The position numbers and the translations under genes were made by a program. The notes beneath the pieces were generated by a model. That model did not search any database, was not told the DNA's origin, and worked only from the letters and a program-made list of their open reading frames with translations. A DNA stretch of 64,000 bases from the human T2T-CHM13v2.0 reference genome, Homo sapiens, in assembly GCF_009914755.1 (NCBI RefSeq), contig NC_060944.1; one strand, written 5' to 3'. This document shows positions 40,401-55,400 of the stretch, in pieces. Numbering within the stretch: the stretch's first letter is position 1; the number at the start of each line of letters is the position of its first letter.

Positions 40401-43400
40401 AGCAGTTTTGAAACACTCTTTTTGCGGAATCTGCAAGTGGATATTTGGCTAGCTGGGAGGATTTCGTTGGAAACGGGAGTACATACAAAAAGCAGAGAGC
40501 AGCATTCTCAGAAACTTCTTTGTGATGTTTGCATTCAAGTCACAGAGTTGAACATTCCCTTTCATAGAGCAGGTTTGAAACACTCTTTTTGTAGTATCTG
40601 GATGTGGACATTTGGATCGCTTTCAGGCCTATGGTGAAAAAGGAAATATCTTCCCATGAAAACTAGACAGAAGCATTCTCAGAAACTTATTTGTGATGTG
40701 TGCCCTCAACTGACAGTGTTGAACCTTTGTTTTGATAGAGCAGTTCTGAAACACACTTTTTGTAAAATCTGCAAGAGGATATTTGGATAGCTTTGAGGAT
40801 TTCGTTGGAAACGGGAATGTCTTCATGTAAACTCTGGACAGAAGCATTCTCAGAAACTGCTTTGGGATGTTTCAATTGAAGTCCCAGTGTTGAACATTCC
40901 CTTTCATAGAGCAGGTTTGAAACACTCTTTTTGTACTATCTGGAAGTGGACATTTGGAGCGCTTTCAGGTCTACGGTGAAAAAGGAGATATCTTCCAATA
41001 AAAACTAGATAGAAGCAATGTCAGAACTTTTTTCATGATGTATCTACTCAGCAAACAGAGTTGAACCTTTCTTTTGAGAGAGCAGTTTTGAAACACTCTT
41101 TTTGTGGAATATGCAAGTGGGTATTAGGCCAGCTTGGAGGATTTCGTTGGAAACGGGAATACGTATAAAAAGCAGACAGCAGCATTGTCAGAAACTACTT
41201 TGTGATGTTTGCATTCAAGTCACAGAATTGAACACTCCCTTTCACAGAGCAGGTTTGAAACACTCTTTTTGTAGTGTCTGTAAGTGAACATTTGGATTGC
41301 TTTCAGGCCTAAGGTGAAAAAGGAAATATCTTCCCATAAAAACTAGACAGAAGCATTCTCAGAAACTTGTTTGTGATGTGTGCCCTCTACTGACAGAGTT
41401 GAACCTTTCTTTGCAAAGAGCAGTTTTGAAACACTCTTTTTGTAGAATCTGCAAGAGGATATTTGGATAGCTTTGAGGATTTCCTGGGAAACGGGAATGT
41501 CTTCAGATAAACTCTAGACAGAAGCATTCTCAGAAACTTCTTTGGGATGTTTCAATTGAAGTCACAGTGTTGAACATTCCCTTTCACAGAGCAGGTTTGG
41601 AACACTCTTTTTGTAGTGTCTATAAGTGAACATTTGGCGTGCTTTCAGGCCTAACGTGAAAAAGGAAATATCTTCCCATAAAAACTAGACAGAAGCATTC
41701 TCAGAAACTTGTTCTTGATGTGTCCCCTCTACTGACAGAGTTGAACCTTTCTTTGCAAAGAGCAGCTTTGAAACACTCTTTTTGTAGAATCTGCAAGAGG
41801 ATATTTGGATAGCTTGGAGGATTTCGTTGGAAACGGGTATGTCTTCAGATAAACTCTAGACAGAAGCATTCTCAGAAACTTCTTTGGGATGTTGCATTCA
41901 AGTCACAGAGTAGAACATTCCCATTCATAGAGCAGATTTGAAACACTCTTTTTGTAGTATCTGGAAGTGGACATTTGGAGCGCTTTCAGGCCTATGTTGA
42001 AAAAGGAAATATCTTCCCATAAAAACTAGACGGAAGCATTCTCAGAAACTTAGTTGTGATGTGTTTGCTCAACTAACAGGATTGAACCATCGTTTTGAAG
42101 GAGCAGTTTTGAAACACTGTTTTCGTGGAATCTGCAAGTGGATATTTGGCTAGCTTTGAGGATTTCGTTGGAAACGGGATTACATATAAAAAGGAGACAG
42201 CAGCATTCTCAGAAACTTCTTTGTGATGTCTGCATTCAATTCACAGAGTTGAGCATTCCCTTTCATAGAGCAGGTTGGAAACACTCTTTTTGTAGTATCT
42301 GGATGAGGACATTTGGAGCGCTTTCAGGCGTATGGTGAAAAAGGAAATATCTTCCCGTAAAAACTAGACAGAAGCATTCTCAGAAGTTTATTTGTGATGT
42401 GTGCCCTCAACTAACAGAGTTGAACCTTTCTTTTGATAGAGCAGTTTTGAAACACTCTTTTTCTAAAATCTGCAAGAGGATATTTGGATAGCTTTGAGGA
42501 TTTCGTTGCAAACGGGAATGGTTTCATATAAACTCTAGACAGAAGCATTCTCAGAAACTTCGTTGGGATGTTTCGATTGAAGTCCCAGTGTTGAACATTC
42601 CCTTTTATAGAGCAGGTTGGAAACACTCTTTCTGCATTCCCTGGAAGTGGACATTTGGAGCGCTTTCAGGACGACGGTGAAAATGGAAATATCTTCCAAG
42701 AAAATCTAGATAGAAGCAACGTCAGAAACTTTTATGTGATGGATCTACTCAGCTAACAGAGTTGAACCTTTCTTTTGAGAGAGCAGTTTTGCAACACTCT
42801 TTTTGTGGAATATGCAAGTGGATATTAGGGCAGCTTTGAGGATTTCGTTGGAAACGGGAATACATGTAAAAAGCAGACAGCAGCATTCTCAGAAACTTCT
42901 TTGTGATGTTTGCATTGAAGTCACAGAGTTGAACATTCCCTTTGAGAGAGCAGGTTTGAAACACGCCTTTTGTCATATCTGGAAGTGTCCATTCGGAGCG
43001 CATTCAGGCTTGTGTTGAAAAAGGAAATATCCTCCCATAAAAACTAGACAGAAGCATTCTCAGAAACTTATCTGTGATGTATGTACTCAACTAACAGAAC
43101 TAAACCATCGTTTTGAAGGAGCAGTTTTGAAACACTCTTTTTGCGGAATCTGCAAGTGGATATTTGGCTAGCTGGGAGGATTTCGTTGGAAACGGGAGTA
43201 CATACAAAAAGCAGAGAGCAGCATTCTCAGAAACTTCTTTGTGATGTTTGCATTCAAGTCACAGAGTTGAACATTCCCTTTCATAGAGCAGGTTTGAAAC
43301 ACTCTTTTTGTAGTATCTGGATGTGGACATTTGGATCGCTTTCAGGCCTATGGTGAAAAAGGAAATATCTTCCCATGAAAACTAGACAGAAGCATTCTCA

Positions 43401-46400
43401 GAAACTTATTTGTGATGTGTGCCCTCAACTGACAGTGTTGAACCTTTGTTTTGATAGAGCAGTTCTGAAACACACTTTTTGTAAAATCTGCAAGAGGATA
43501 TTTGGATAGCTTTGAGGATTTCGTTGGAAACGGGAATGTCTTCATGTAAACTCTGGACAGAAGCATTCTCAGAAACTGCTTTGGGATGTTTCAATTGAAG
43601 TCCCAGTGTTGAACATTCCCTTTCATAGAGCAGGTTTGAAACACTCTTTTTGTACTATCTGGAAGTGGACATTTGGAGCGCTTTCAGGTCTACGGTGAAA
43701 AAGGAGATATCTTCCAATAAAAACTAGATAGAAGCAATGTCAGAACTTTTTTCATGATGTATCTACTCAGCAAACAGAGTTGAACCTTTCTTTTGAGAGA
43801 GCAGTTTTGAAACACTCTTTTTGTGGAATATGCAAGTGGGTATTAGGCCAGCTTGGAGGATTTCGTTGGAAACGGGAATACGTATAAAAAGCAGACAGCA
43901 GCATTGTCAGAAACTACTTTGTGATGTTTGCATTCAAGTCACAGAATTGAACACTCCCTTTCACAGAGCAGGTTTGAAACACTCTTTTTGTAGTGTCTGT
44001 AAGTGAACATTTGGATTGCTTTCAGGCCTAAGGTGAAAAAGGAAATATCTTCCCATAAAAACTAGACAGAAGCATTCTCAGAAACTTGTTTGTGATGTGT
44101 GCCCTCTACTGACAGAGTTGAACCTTTCTTTGCAAAGAGCAGTTTTGAAACACTCTTTTTGTAGAATCTGCAAGAGGATATTTGGATAGTTTTGAGGATT
44201 TCTTGGGAAACGGGAATGTCTTCAGATAAACTCTAGACAGAAGCATTCTCAGAAACTTCTTTGGGATGTTTCAATTGCAGTCACAGTGTTGAACATTCCC
44301 TTTCACAGAGCAGGTTTGAAACACTCTTTTTATAGTGTCTATAAGTGAACATTTGGCGTGCTTTCAGGCCTAACGTGAAAAAGGAAATATCTTCCCATAA
44401 AAACTAGACAGAAGCATTCTCAGAAACTTGTTCGTGATGTGTGCCCTGTACTGACAGAGTTGAACCTTTCTTTGCAAAGAGCAGCTTTGAAACACTCTTT
44501 TTGTAGAATCTGCAAGAGGATATTTGGATAGCTTTGAGGATTTCGTTGGAAACGGGTATGTCTTCAGATAAACTCTAGACAGAAGCATTCTCAGAAACTT
44601 CTTTGGGATGTTGCATTCAAGTCACAGAGTAGAACATTCCCATTCATAGAGCAGATTTGAAACACTCTTTTTGTAGTATCTGGAAGTGGACATTTGGAGC
44701 GCTTTCAGGCCTATGTTGAAAAAGGAAATATCTTCCCATAAAAACTAGACGGAAGCATTCTCAGAAACTTATTTGTGATGTGTTTGCTCAACTAACAGGA
44801 TTGAACCATCGTTTTGAAGGAGCAGTTTTGAAACACTGTTTTCGTGGAATCTGCAAGTGGATATTTGGCTAGCTTTGAGGATTTCGTTGGAAACGGGATT
44901 ACATATAAAAAGGAGACAGCAGCATTCTCAGAAACTTCTTTGTGATGTCTGCATTCAATTCACAGAGTTGAGCATTCCCTTTCATAGAGCAGGTTGGAAA
45001 CACTCTTTTTGTAGTATCTGGATGAGGACATTTGGAGCGCTTTCAGGCGTATGGTGAAAAAGGAAATATCTTCCCGTAAAAACTAGCCAGAAGCATTCTC
45101 AGAAGTTTATTTGTGATGTGTGCCCTCAACTAACAGAGTTGAACCTTTCTTTTGATAGAGCAGTTTTGAAACACTCTTTTTGTAAAATCTGCAAGAGGAT
45201 ATTTGGATAGCTTTGAGGATTTCGTTGTAAACGGGAATGGCTTCATATAAACTCTAGACAGAAGCATTCTCAGAAACTTCGTTGGGATGTTTCGATTGAA
45301 GTCCCAGTGTTGAACATTCCCTTTTATAGAGCAGGTTGGAAACACTCTTTCTGCATTCCCTGGAAGTGGACATTTGGAGCGCTTTCAGGACGACGGTGAA
45401 AATGGAAATATCTTCCAAGAAAATCTAGATAAAAGCAATGTCAGAAACTTTTATGTGATGGATCTACTCAGCTAACAGAGTTGAACCTTTCTTTTGAGAG
45501 AGCAGTTTTGCAACACTCTTTTTGTGGAATATGCAAGTGGATATTAGGGCAGCTTTGAGGATTTCGTTGGAAACGGGAATACATGTAAAAAGCAGACAGC
45601 AGCATTCTCAGAAACTTCTTTGTGATGTTTGCATTGAAGTCACAGAGTTGAACATTCCCTTTGAGAGAGCAGGTTTGAAACACGCCTTTTGTCATATCTG
45701 GAAGTGTCCATTCGGAGCGCATTCAGGCTTGTGTTGAAAAAGGAAATATCCTCCCATAAAAACTAGACAGAAGCATTCTCAGAAACTTATCTGTGATGTA
45801 TGTACTCAACTAACAGAACTAAACCATCGTTTTGAAGGAGCAGTTTTGAAACACTCTTTTTGCGGAATCTGCAAGTGGATATTTGGCTAGCTGGGAGGAT
45901 TTCGTTGGAAACGGGATTACATACAAAAAGCAGACAGCAGCATTCTCAGAAACTTCTTTGTGATGTTTGCATTCAAGTCACAGAGTTGAACATTCCCTTT
46001 CATAGAGCAGGTTTGAAACACTCTTTTTGTAGTATCTGGATGTGGACATTTGGATCGCTTTCAGGCCTATGGTGAAAAAGGAAATATCTTCCCATGAAAA
46101 CTAGACAGAAGCATTCTCAGAAACTTATTTGTGATGTGTGCCCTCAACTGACAGTGTTGAACCTTTGTTTTGATAGAGCAGTTCTGAAACACACTTTTTG
46201 TAAAATCTGCAAGAGGATATTTGGATAGCTTTGAGGATTTCGTTGGAAACGGGAATGTCTTCATGTAAACTCTAGACAGAAGCATTCTCAGAAACTGCTT
46301 TGGGATGTTTCAATTGAAGTCCCAGTGTTGAACATTCCCATTCATAGAGCAGGTTTGAAACACTCTTTTTGTACTATCTGGAAGTGGACATTTGGAGCGC

Positions 46401-49400
46401 TTTCAGGTCTACGGTGAAAAAGGAGATATCTTCCAATAAAAACTAGATAGAAGCAATGTCAGAACTTTTTTCATGATGTATCTACTCAGCAAACAGAGTT
46501 GAACCTTTCTTTTGAGAGAGCAGTTTTGAAACACTCTTTTTGTGGAATATGCAAGTGGGTATTAGGCCAGCTTGGAGGATTTCGTTGGAAACGGGAATAC
46601 GTATAAAAAGCAGACAGCAGCATTGTCAGAAACTACTTTGTGATGTTTGCATTCAAGTCACAGAATTGAACACTCCCTTTCACAGAGCAGGTTTGAAACA
46701 CTCTTTTTGTAGTGTCTGTAAGTGAACATTTGGATTGCTTTCAGGCCTAAGGTGAAAAAGGAAATATCTTCCCATAAAAACTAGACAGAAGCATTCTCAG
46801 AAACTTGTTTGTGATGTGTGCCCTCTACTGACAGAGTTGAACCTTTCTTTGCAAAGAGCAGTTTTGAAACACTCTTTTTGTAGAATCTGCAAGAGGATAT
46901 TTGGATAGTTTTGAGGATTTCTTGGGAAACGGGAATGTCTTCAGATAAACTCTAGACAGAAGCATTCTCAGAAACTTCTTTGGGATGTTTCAATTGAAGT
47001 CACAGTGTTGAACATTCCCTTTCACAGAGCAGGTTTGAAACACTGTTTTTATAGTGTCTATAAGTGAACATTTGGCGTGCTTTCAGGCCTAACGTGAAAA
47101 AGGAAATATCTTCCCATAAAAACTAGACAGAAGCATTCTCAGAAACTTGTTCGTGATGTGTGCCCTCTACTGACAGAGTTGAACCTTTCTTTGCAAAGAG
47201 CAGCTTTGAAACACTCTTTTTGTAGAATCTGCAAGAGGATATTTGGATAGCTTGGAGGATTTCGTTGGAAACGGGTATGTCTTCAGATAAACTCTAGACA
47301 GAAGCATTCTCAGAAACTTCTTTGGGATGTTGCATTCAAGTCACAGAGTAGAACATTCCCATTCATAGAGCAGATTTGAAACACTCTTTTTGTAGTATCT
47401 GGAAGTGGACATTTGGAGCGCTTTCAGGCCTATGTTGAAAAAGGAAATATCTTCCCATAAAAACTAGACGGAAGCATTCTCAGAAACTTATTTGTGATGT
47501 GTTTGCTCAACTAACAGGATTGAACCATCGTTTTGAAGGAGCAGTTTTGAAACACTGTTTTCGTGGAATCTGCAAGTGGATATTTGGCTAGCTTTGAGGA
47601 TTTCGTTGGAAACGGGATTACATATAAAAAGGAGACAGCAGCATTCTCAGAAACTTCTTTGTGATGTCTGCATTCAATTCACAGAGTTGAGCATTCCCTT
47701 TCATAGAGCAGGTTGGAAACACTCTTTTTGTAGTATCTGGATGAGGACATTTGGAGCGCTTTCAGGCGTATGGTGAAAAAGGAAATATCTTCCCGTAAAA
47801 ACTAGACAGAAGCATTCTCAGAAGTTTATTTGTGATGTGTGCCCTCAACTAACAGAGTTGAACCTTTCTTTTGATAGAGCAGTTTTGAAACACTCTTTTT
47901 GTAAAATCTGCAAGAGGATATTTGGATAGCTTTGAGGATTTCGTTGCAAACGGGAATGGTTTCATATAAACTCTAGACAGAAGCATTCTCAGAAACTTCG
48001 TTGGGATGTTTCGATTGAAGTCCCAGTGTTGAACATTCCCTTTTATAGAGCAGGTTGGAAACACTCTTTCTGCATTCCCTGGAAGTGGACATTTGGAGCG
48101 CTTTCAGGACGACGGTGAAAATGGAAATATCTTCCAAGAAAATCTAGATAGAAGCAACGTCAGAAACTTTTATGTGATGGATCTACTCAGCTAACAGAGT
48201 TGAACCTTTCTTTTGAGAGAGCAGTTTTGCAACACTCTTTTTGTGGAATATGCAAGTGGATATTAGGGCAGCTTTGAGGATTTCGTTGGAAACGGGAATA
48301 CATGTAAAAAGCAGACAGCAGCATTCTCAGAAACTTCTTTGTGATGTTTGCATTGAAGTCACAGAGTTGAACATTCCCTTTGAGAGAGCAGGTTTGAAAC
48401 ACGCCTTTTGTCATATCTGGAAGTGTCCATTCGGAGCGCATTCAGGCTTGTGTTGAAAAAGGAAATATCCTCCCATAAAAACTAGACAGAAGCATTCTCA
48501 GAAACTTATCTGTGATGTATGTACTCAACTAACAGAACTAAACCATCGTTTTGAAGGAGCAGTTTTGAAACACTCTTTTTGCGGAATCTGCAAGTGGATA
48601 TTTGGCTAGCTGGGAGGATTTCGTTGGAAACGGGATTACATACAAAAAGCAGACAGCAGCATTCTCAGAAACTTCTTTGTGATGTTTGCATTCAAGTCAC
48701 AGAGTTGAACATTCCCTTTCATAGAGCAGGTTTGAAACACTCTTTTTGTAGTATCTGGATGTGGACATTTGGATCGCTTTCAGGCCTATGGTGAAAAAGG
48801 AAATATCTTCCCATGAAAACTAGACAGAAGCATTCTCAGAAACTTATTTGTGATGTGTGCCCTCAACTGACAGTGTTGAACCTTTGTTTTGATAGAGCAG
48901 TTCTGAAACACACTTTTTGTAAAATCTGCAAGAGGATATTTGGATAGCTTTGAGGATTTCGTTGGAAACGGGAATGTCTTCATGTAAACTCTGGACAGAA
49001 GCATTCTCAGAAACTGCTTTGGGATGTTTCAATTGAAGTCCCAGTGTTGAACATTCCCTTTCATAGAGCAGGTTTGAAACACTCTTTTTGTACTATCAGG
49101 AAGTGGACATTTGGAGCGCTTTCAGGTCTACGGTGAAAAAGGAGATATCTTCCAATAAAAACTAGATAGAAGCAATGTCAGAACTTTTTTCATGATGTAT
49201 CTACTCAGCAAACAGAGTTGAACCTTTCTTTTGAGAGAGCAGTTTTGAAACACTCTTTTTGTGGAATATGCAAGTGGGTATTAGGCCAGCTTGGAGGATT
49301 TCGTTGGAAACGGGAATACGTATAAAAAGCAGACAGCAGCATTGTCAGAAACTACTTTGTGATGTTTGCATTCAAGTCACAGAATTGAACACTCCCTTTC

Positions 49401-52400
49401 ACAGAGCAGGTTTGAAACACTCTTTTTGTAGTGTCTGTAAGTGAACATTTGGATTGCTTTCAGGCCTAAGGTGAAAAAGGAAATATCTTCCCATAAAAAC
49501 TAGACAGAAGCATTCTCAGAAACTTGTTTGTGATGTGTGCCCTCTACTGACAGAGTTGAACCTTTCTTTGCAAAGAGCAGTTTTGAAACACTCTTTTTGT
49601 AGAATCTGCAAGAGGATATTTGGATAGTTTTGAGGATTTCTTGGGAAACGGGAATGTCTTCAGATAAACTCTAGACAGAAGCATTCTCAGAAACTTCTTT
49701 GGGATGTTTCAATTGCAGTCACAGTGTTGAACATTCCCTTTCACAGAGCAGGTTTGAAACACTCTTTTTATAGTGTCTATAAGTGAACATTTGGCGTGCT
49801 TTCAGGCCTAACGTGAAAAAGGAAATATCTTCCCATAAAAACTAGACAGAAGCATTCTCAGAAACTTGTTCGTGATGTGTGCCCTGTACTGACAGAGTTG
49901 AACCTTTCTTTGCAAAGAGCAGCTTTGAAACACTCTTTTTGTAGAATCTGCAAGAGGATATTTGGATAGCTTTGAGGATTTCGTTGGAAACGGGTATGTC
50001 TTCAGATAAACTCTAGACAGAAGCATTCTCAGAAACTTCTTTGGGATGTTGCATTCAAGTCACAGAGTAGAACATTCCCATTCATAGAGCAGATTTGAAA
50101 CACTCTTTTTGTAGTATCTGGAAGTGGACATTTGGAGCGCTTTCAGGCCTATGTTGAAAAAGGAAATATCTTCCCATAAAAACTAGACGGAAGCATTCTC
50201 AGAAACTTATTTGTGATGTGTTTGCTCAACTAACAGGATTGAACCATCGTTTTGAAGGAGCAGTTTTGAAACACTGTTTTCGTGGAATCTGCAAGTGGAT
50301 ATTTGGCTAGCTTTGAGGATTTCGTTGGAAACGGGATTACATATAAAAAGGAGACAGCAGCATTCTCAGAAACTTCTTTGTGATGTCTGCATTCAATTCA
50401 CAGAGTTGAGCATTCCCTTTCATAGAGCAGGTTGGAAACACTCTTTTTGTAGTATCTGGATGAGGACATTTGTAGCGCTTTCAGGCGTATGGTGAAAAAG
50501 GAAATATCTTCCCGTAAAAACTAGCCAGAAGCATTCTCAGAAGTTTATTTGTGATGTGTGCCCTCAACTAACAGAGTTGAACCTTTCTTTTGATAGAGCA
50601 GTTTTGAAACACTCTTTTTGTAAAATCTGCAAGAGGATATTTGGATAGCTTTGAGGATTTCGTTGTAAACGGGAATGGCTTCATATAAACTCTAGACAGA
50701 AGCATTCTCAGAAACTTCGTTGGGATGTTTCGATTGAAGTCCCAGTGTTGAACATTCCCTTTTATAGAGCAGGTTGGAAACACTCTTTCTGCATTCCCTG
50801 GAAGTGGACATTTGGAGCGCTTTCAGGACGACGGTGAAAATGGAAATATCTTCCAAGAAAATCTAGATAAAAGCAATGTCAGAAACTTTTATGTGATGGA
50901 TCTACTCAGCTAACAGAGTTGAACCTTTCTTTTGAGAGAGCAGTTTTGCAACACTCTTTTTGTGGAATATGCAAGTGGATATTAGGGCAGCTTTGAGGAT
51001 TTCGTTGGAAACGGGAATACATGTAAAAAGCAGACAGCAGCATTCTCAGAAACTTCTTTGTGATGTTTGCATTGAAGTCACAGAGTTGAACATTCCCTTT
51101 GAGAGAGCAGGTTTGAAACACGCCTTTTGTCATATCTGGAAGTGTCCATTCGGAGCGCATTCAGGCTTGTGTTGAAAAAGGAAATATCCTCCCATAAAAA
51201 CTAGACAGAAGCATTCTCAGAAACTTATCTGTGATGTATGTACTCAACTAACAGAACTAAACCATCGTTTTGAAGGAGCAGTTTTGAAACACTCTTTTTG
51301 CGGAATCTGCAAGTGGATATTTGGCTAGCTGGGAGGATTTCGTTGGAAACGGGATTACATACAAAAAGCAGACAGCAGCATTCTCAGAAACTTCTTTGTG
51401 ATGTTTGCATTCAAGTCACAGAGTTGAACATTCCCTTTCATAGAGCAGGTTTGAAACACTCTTTTTGTAGTATCTGGATGTGGACATTTGGATCGCTTTC
51501 AGGCCTATGGTGAAAAAGGAAATATCTTCCCATGAAAACTAGACAGAAGCATTCTCAGAAACTTATTTGTGATGTGTGCCCTCAACTGACAGTGTTGAAC
51601 CTTTGTTTTGATAGAGCAGTTCTGAAACACACTTTTTGTAAAATCTGCAAGAGGATATTTGGATAGCTTTGAGGATTTCGTTGGAAACGGGAATGTCTTC
51701 ATGTAAACTCTAGACAGAAGCATTCTCAGAAACTGCTTTGGGATGTTTCAATTGAAGTCCCAGTGTTGAACATTCCCATTCATAGAGCAGGTTTGAAACA
51801 CTCTTTTTGTACTATCTGGAAGTGGACATTTGGAGCGCTTTCAGGTCTACGGTGAAAAAGGAGATATCTTCCAATAAAAACTAGATAGAAGCAATGTCAG
51901 AACTTTTTTCATGATGTATCTACTCAGCAAACAGAGTTGAACCTTTCTTTTGAGAGAGCAGTTTTGAAACACTCTTTTTGTGGAATATGCAAGTGGGTAT
52001 TAGGCCAGCTTGGAGGATTTCGTTGGAAACGGGAATACGTATAAAAAGCAGACAGCAGCATTGTCAGAAACTACTTTGTGATGTTTGCATTCAAGTCACA
52101 GAATTGAACACTCCCTTTCACAGAGCAGGTTTGAAACACTCTTTTTGTAGTGTCTGTAAGTGAACATTTGGATTGCTTTCAGGCCTAAGGTGAAAAAGGA
52201 AATATCTTCCCATAAAAACTAGACAGAAGCATTCTCAGAAACTTGTTTGTGATGTGTGCCCTCTACTGACAGAGTTGAACCTTTCTTTGCAAAGAGCAGT
52301 TTTGAAACACTCTTTTTGTAGAATCTGCAAGAGGATATTTGGATAGTTTTGAGGATTTCTTGGGAAACGGGAATGTCTTCAGATAAACTCTAGACAGAAG

Positions 52401-55400
52401 CATTCTCAGAAACTTCTTTGGGATGTTTCAATTGAAGTCACAGTGTTGAACATTCCCTTTCACAGAGCAGGTTTGAAACACTGTTTTTATAGTGTCTATA
52501 AGTGAACATTTGGCGTGCTTTCAGGCCTAACGTGAAAAAGGAAATATCTTCCCATAAAAACTAGACAGAAGCATTCTCAGAAACTTGTTCGTGATGTGTG
52601 CCCTCTACTGACAGAGTTGAACCTTTCTTTGCAAAGAGCAGCTTTGAAACACTCTTTTTGTAGAATCTGCAAGAGGATATTTGGATAGCTTGGAGGATTT
52701 CGTTGGAAACGGGTATGTCTTCAGATAAACTCTAGACAGAAGCATTCTCAGAAACTTCTTTGGGATGTTGCATTCAAGTCACAGAGTAGAACATTCCCAT
52801 TCATAGAGCAGATTTGAAACACTCTTTTTGTAGTATCTGGAAGTGGACATTTGGAGCGCTTTCAGGCCTATGTTGAAAAAGGAAATATCTTCCCATAAAA
52901 ACTAGACGGAAGCATTCTCAGAAACTTATTTGTGATGTGTTTGCTCAACTAACAGGATTGAACCATCGTTTTGAAGGAGCAGTTTTGAAACACTGTTTTC
53001 GTGGAATCTGCAAGTGGATATTTGGCTAGCTTTGAGGATTTCGTTGGAAACGGGATTACATATAAAAAGGAGACAGCAGCATTCTCAGAAACTTCTTTGT
53101 GATGTCTGCATTCAATTCACAGAGTTGAGCATTCCCTTTCATAGAGCAGGTTGGAAACACTCTTTTTGTAGTATCTGGATGAGGACATTTGGAGCGCTTT
53201 CAGGCGTATGGTGAAAAAGGAAATATCTTCCCGTAAAAACTAGACAGAAGCATTCTCAGAAGTTTATTTGTGATGTGTGCCCTCAACTAACAGAGTTGAA
53301 CCTTTCTTTTGATAGAGCAGTTTTGAAACACTCTTTTTGTAAAATCTGCAAGAGGATATTTGGATAGCTTTGAGGATTTCGTTGCAAACGGGAATGGTTT
53401 CATATAAACTCTAGACAGAAGCATTCTCAGAAACTTCGTTGGGATGTTTCGATTGAAGTCCCAGTGTTGAACATTCCCTTTTATAGAGCAGGTTGGAAAC
53501 ACTCTTTCTGCATTCCCTGGAAGTGGACATTTGGAGCGCTTTCAGGACGACGGTGAAAATGGAAATATCTTCCAAGAAAATCTAGATAGAAGCAACGTCA
53601 GAAACTTTTATGTGATGGATCTACTCAGCTAACAGAGTTGAACCTTTCTTTTGAGAGAGCAGTTTTGCAACACTCTTTTTGTGGAATATGCAAGTGGATA
53701 TTAGGGCAGCTTTGAGGATTTCGTTGGAAACGGGAATACATGTAAAAAGCAGACAGCAGCATTCTCAGAAACTTCTTTGTGATGTTTGCATTGAAGTCAC
53801 AGAGTTGAACATTCCCTTTGAGAGAGCAGGTTTGAAACACGCCTTTTGTCATATCTGGAAGTGTCCATTCGGAGCGCATTCAGGCTTGTGTTGAAAAAGG
53901 AAATATCCTCCCATAAAAACTAGACAGAAGCATTCTCAGAAACTTATCTGTGATGTATGTACTCAACTAACAGAACTAAACCATCGTTTTGAAGGAGCAG
54001 TTTTGAAACACTCTTTTTGCGGAATCTGCAAGTGGATATTTGGCTAGCTGGGAGGATTTCGTTGGAAACGGGATTACATACAAAAAGCAGACAGCAGCAT
54101 TCTCAGAAACTTCTTTGTGATGTTTGCATTCAAGTCACAGAGTTGAACATTCCCTTTCATAGAGCAGGTTTGAAACACTCTTTTTGTAGTATCTGGATGT
54201 GGACATTTGGATCGCTTTCAGGCCTATGGTGAAAAAGGAAATATCTTCCCATGAAAACTAGACAGAAGCATTCTCAGAAACTTATTTGTGATGTGTGCCC
54301 TCAACTGACAGTGTTGAACCTTTGTTTTGATAGAGCAGTTCTGAAACACACTTTTTGTAAAATCTGCAAGAGGATATTTGGATAGCTTTGAGGATTTCGT
54401 TGGAAACGGGAATGTCTTCATGTAAACTCTGGACAGAAGCATTCTCAGAAACTGCTTTGGGATGTTTCAATTGAAGTCCCAGTGTTGAACATTCCCTTTC
54501 ATAGAGCAGGTTTGAAACACTCTTTTTGTACTATCAGGAAGTGGACATTTGGAGCGCTTTCAGGTCTACGGTGAAAAAGGAGATATCTTCCAATAAAAAC
54601 TAGATAGAAGCAATGTCAGAACTTTTTTCATGATGTATCTACTCAGCAAACAGAGTTGAACCTTTCTTTTGAGAGAGCAGTTTTGAAACACTCTTTTTGT
54701 GGAATATGCAAGTGGGTATTAGGCCAGCTTGGAGGATTTCGTTGGAAACGGGAATACGTATAAAAAGCAGACAGCAGCATTGTCAGAAACTACTTTGTGA
54801 TGTTTGCATTCAAGTCACAGAATTGAACACTCCCTTTCACAGAGCAGGTTTGAAACACTCTTTTTGTAGTGTCTGTAAGTGAACATTTGGATTGCTTTCA
54901 GGCCTAAGGTGAAAAAGGAAATATCTTCCCATAAAAACTAGACAGAAGCATTCTCAGAAACTTGTTTGTGATGTGTGCCCTCTACTGACAGAGTTGAACC
55001 TTTCTTTGCAAAGAGCAGTTTTGAAACACTCTTTTTGTAGAATCTGCAAGAGGATATTTGGATAGTTTTGAGGATTTCTTGGGAAACGGGAATGTCTTCA
55101 GATAAACTCTAGACAGAAGCATTCTCAGAAACTTCTTTGGGATGTTTCAATTGCAGTCACAGTGTTGAACATTCCCTTTCACAGAGCAGGTTTGAAACAC
55201 TCTTTTTATAGTGTCTATAAGTGAACATTTGGCGTGCTTTCAGGCCTAACGTGAAAAAGGAAATATCTTCCCATAAAAACTAGACAGAAGCATTCTCAGA
55301 AACTTGTTCGTGATGTGTGCCCTGTACTGACAGAGTTGAACCTTTCTTTGCAAAGAGCAGCTTTGAAACACTCTTTTTGTAGAATCTGCAAGAGGATATT

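Noticed and set aside
45220-45236. CENP-B box variant tttcgttgtaaacggga as a loss-of-function allele
   Set aside because: The change is at non-essential position 9; all nine core bases remain. It is used only as a haplotype marker.
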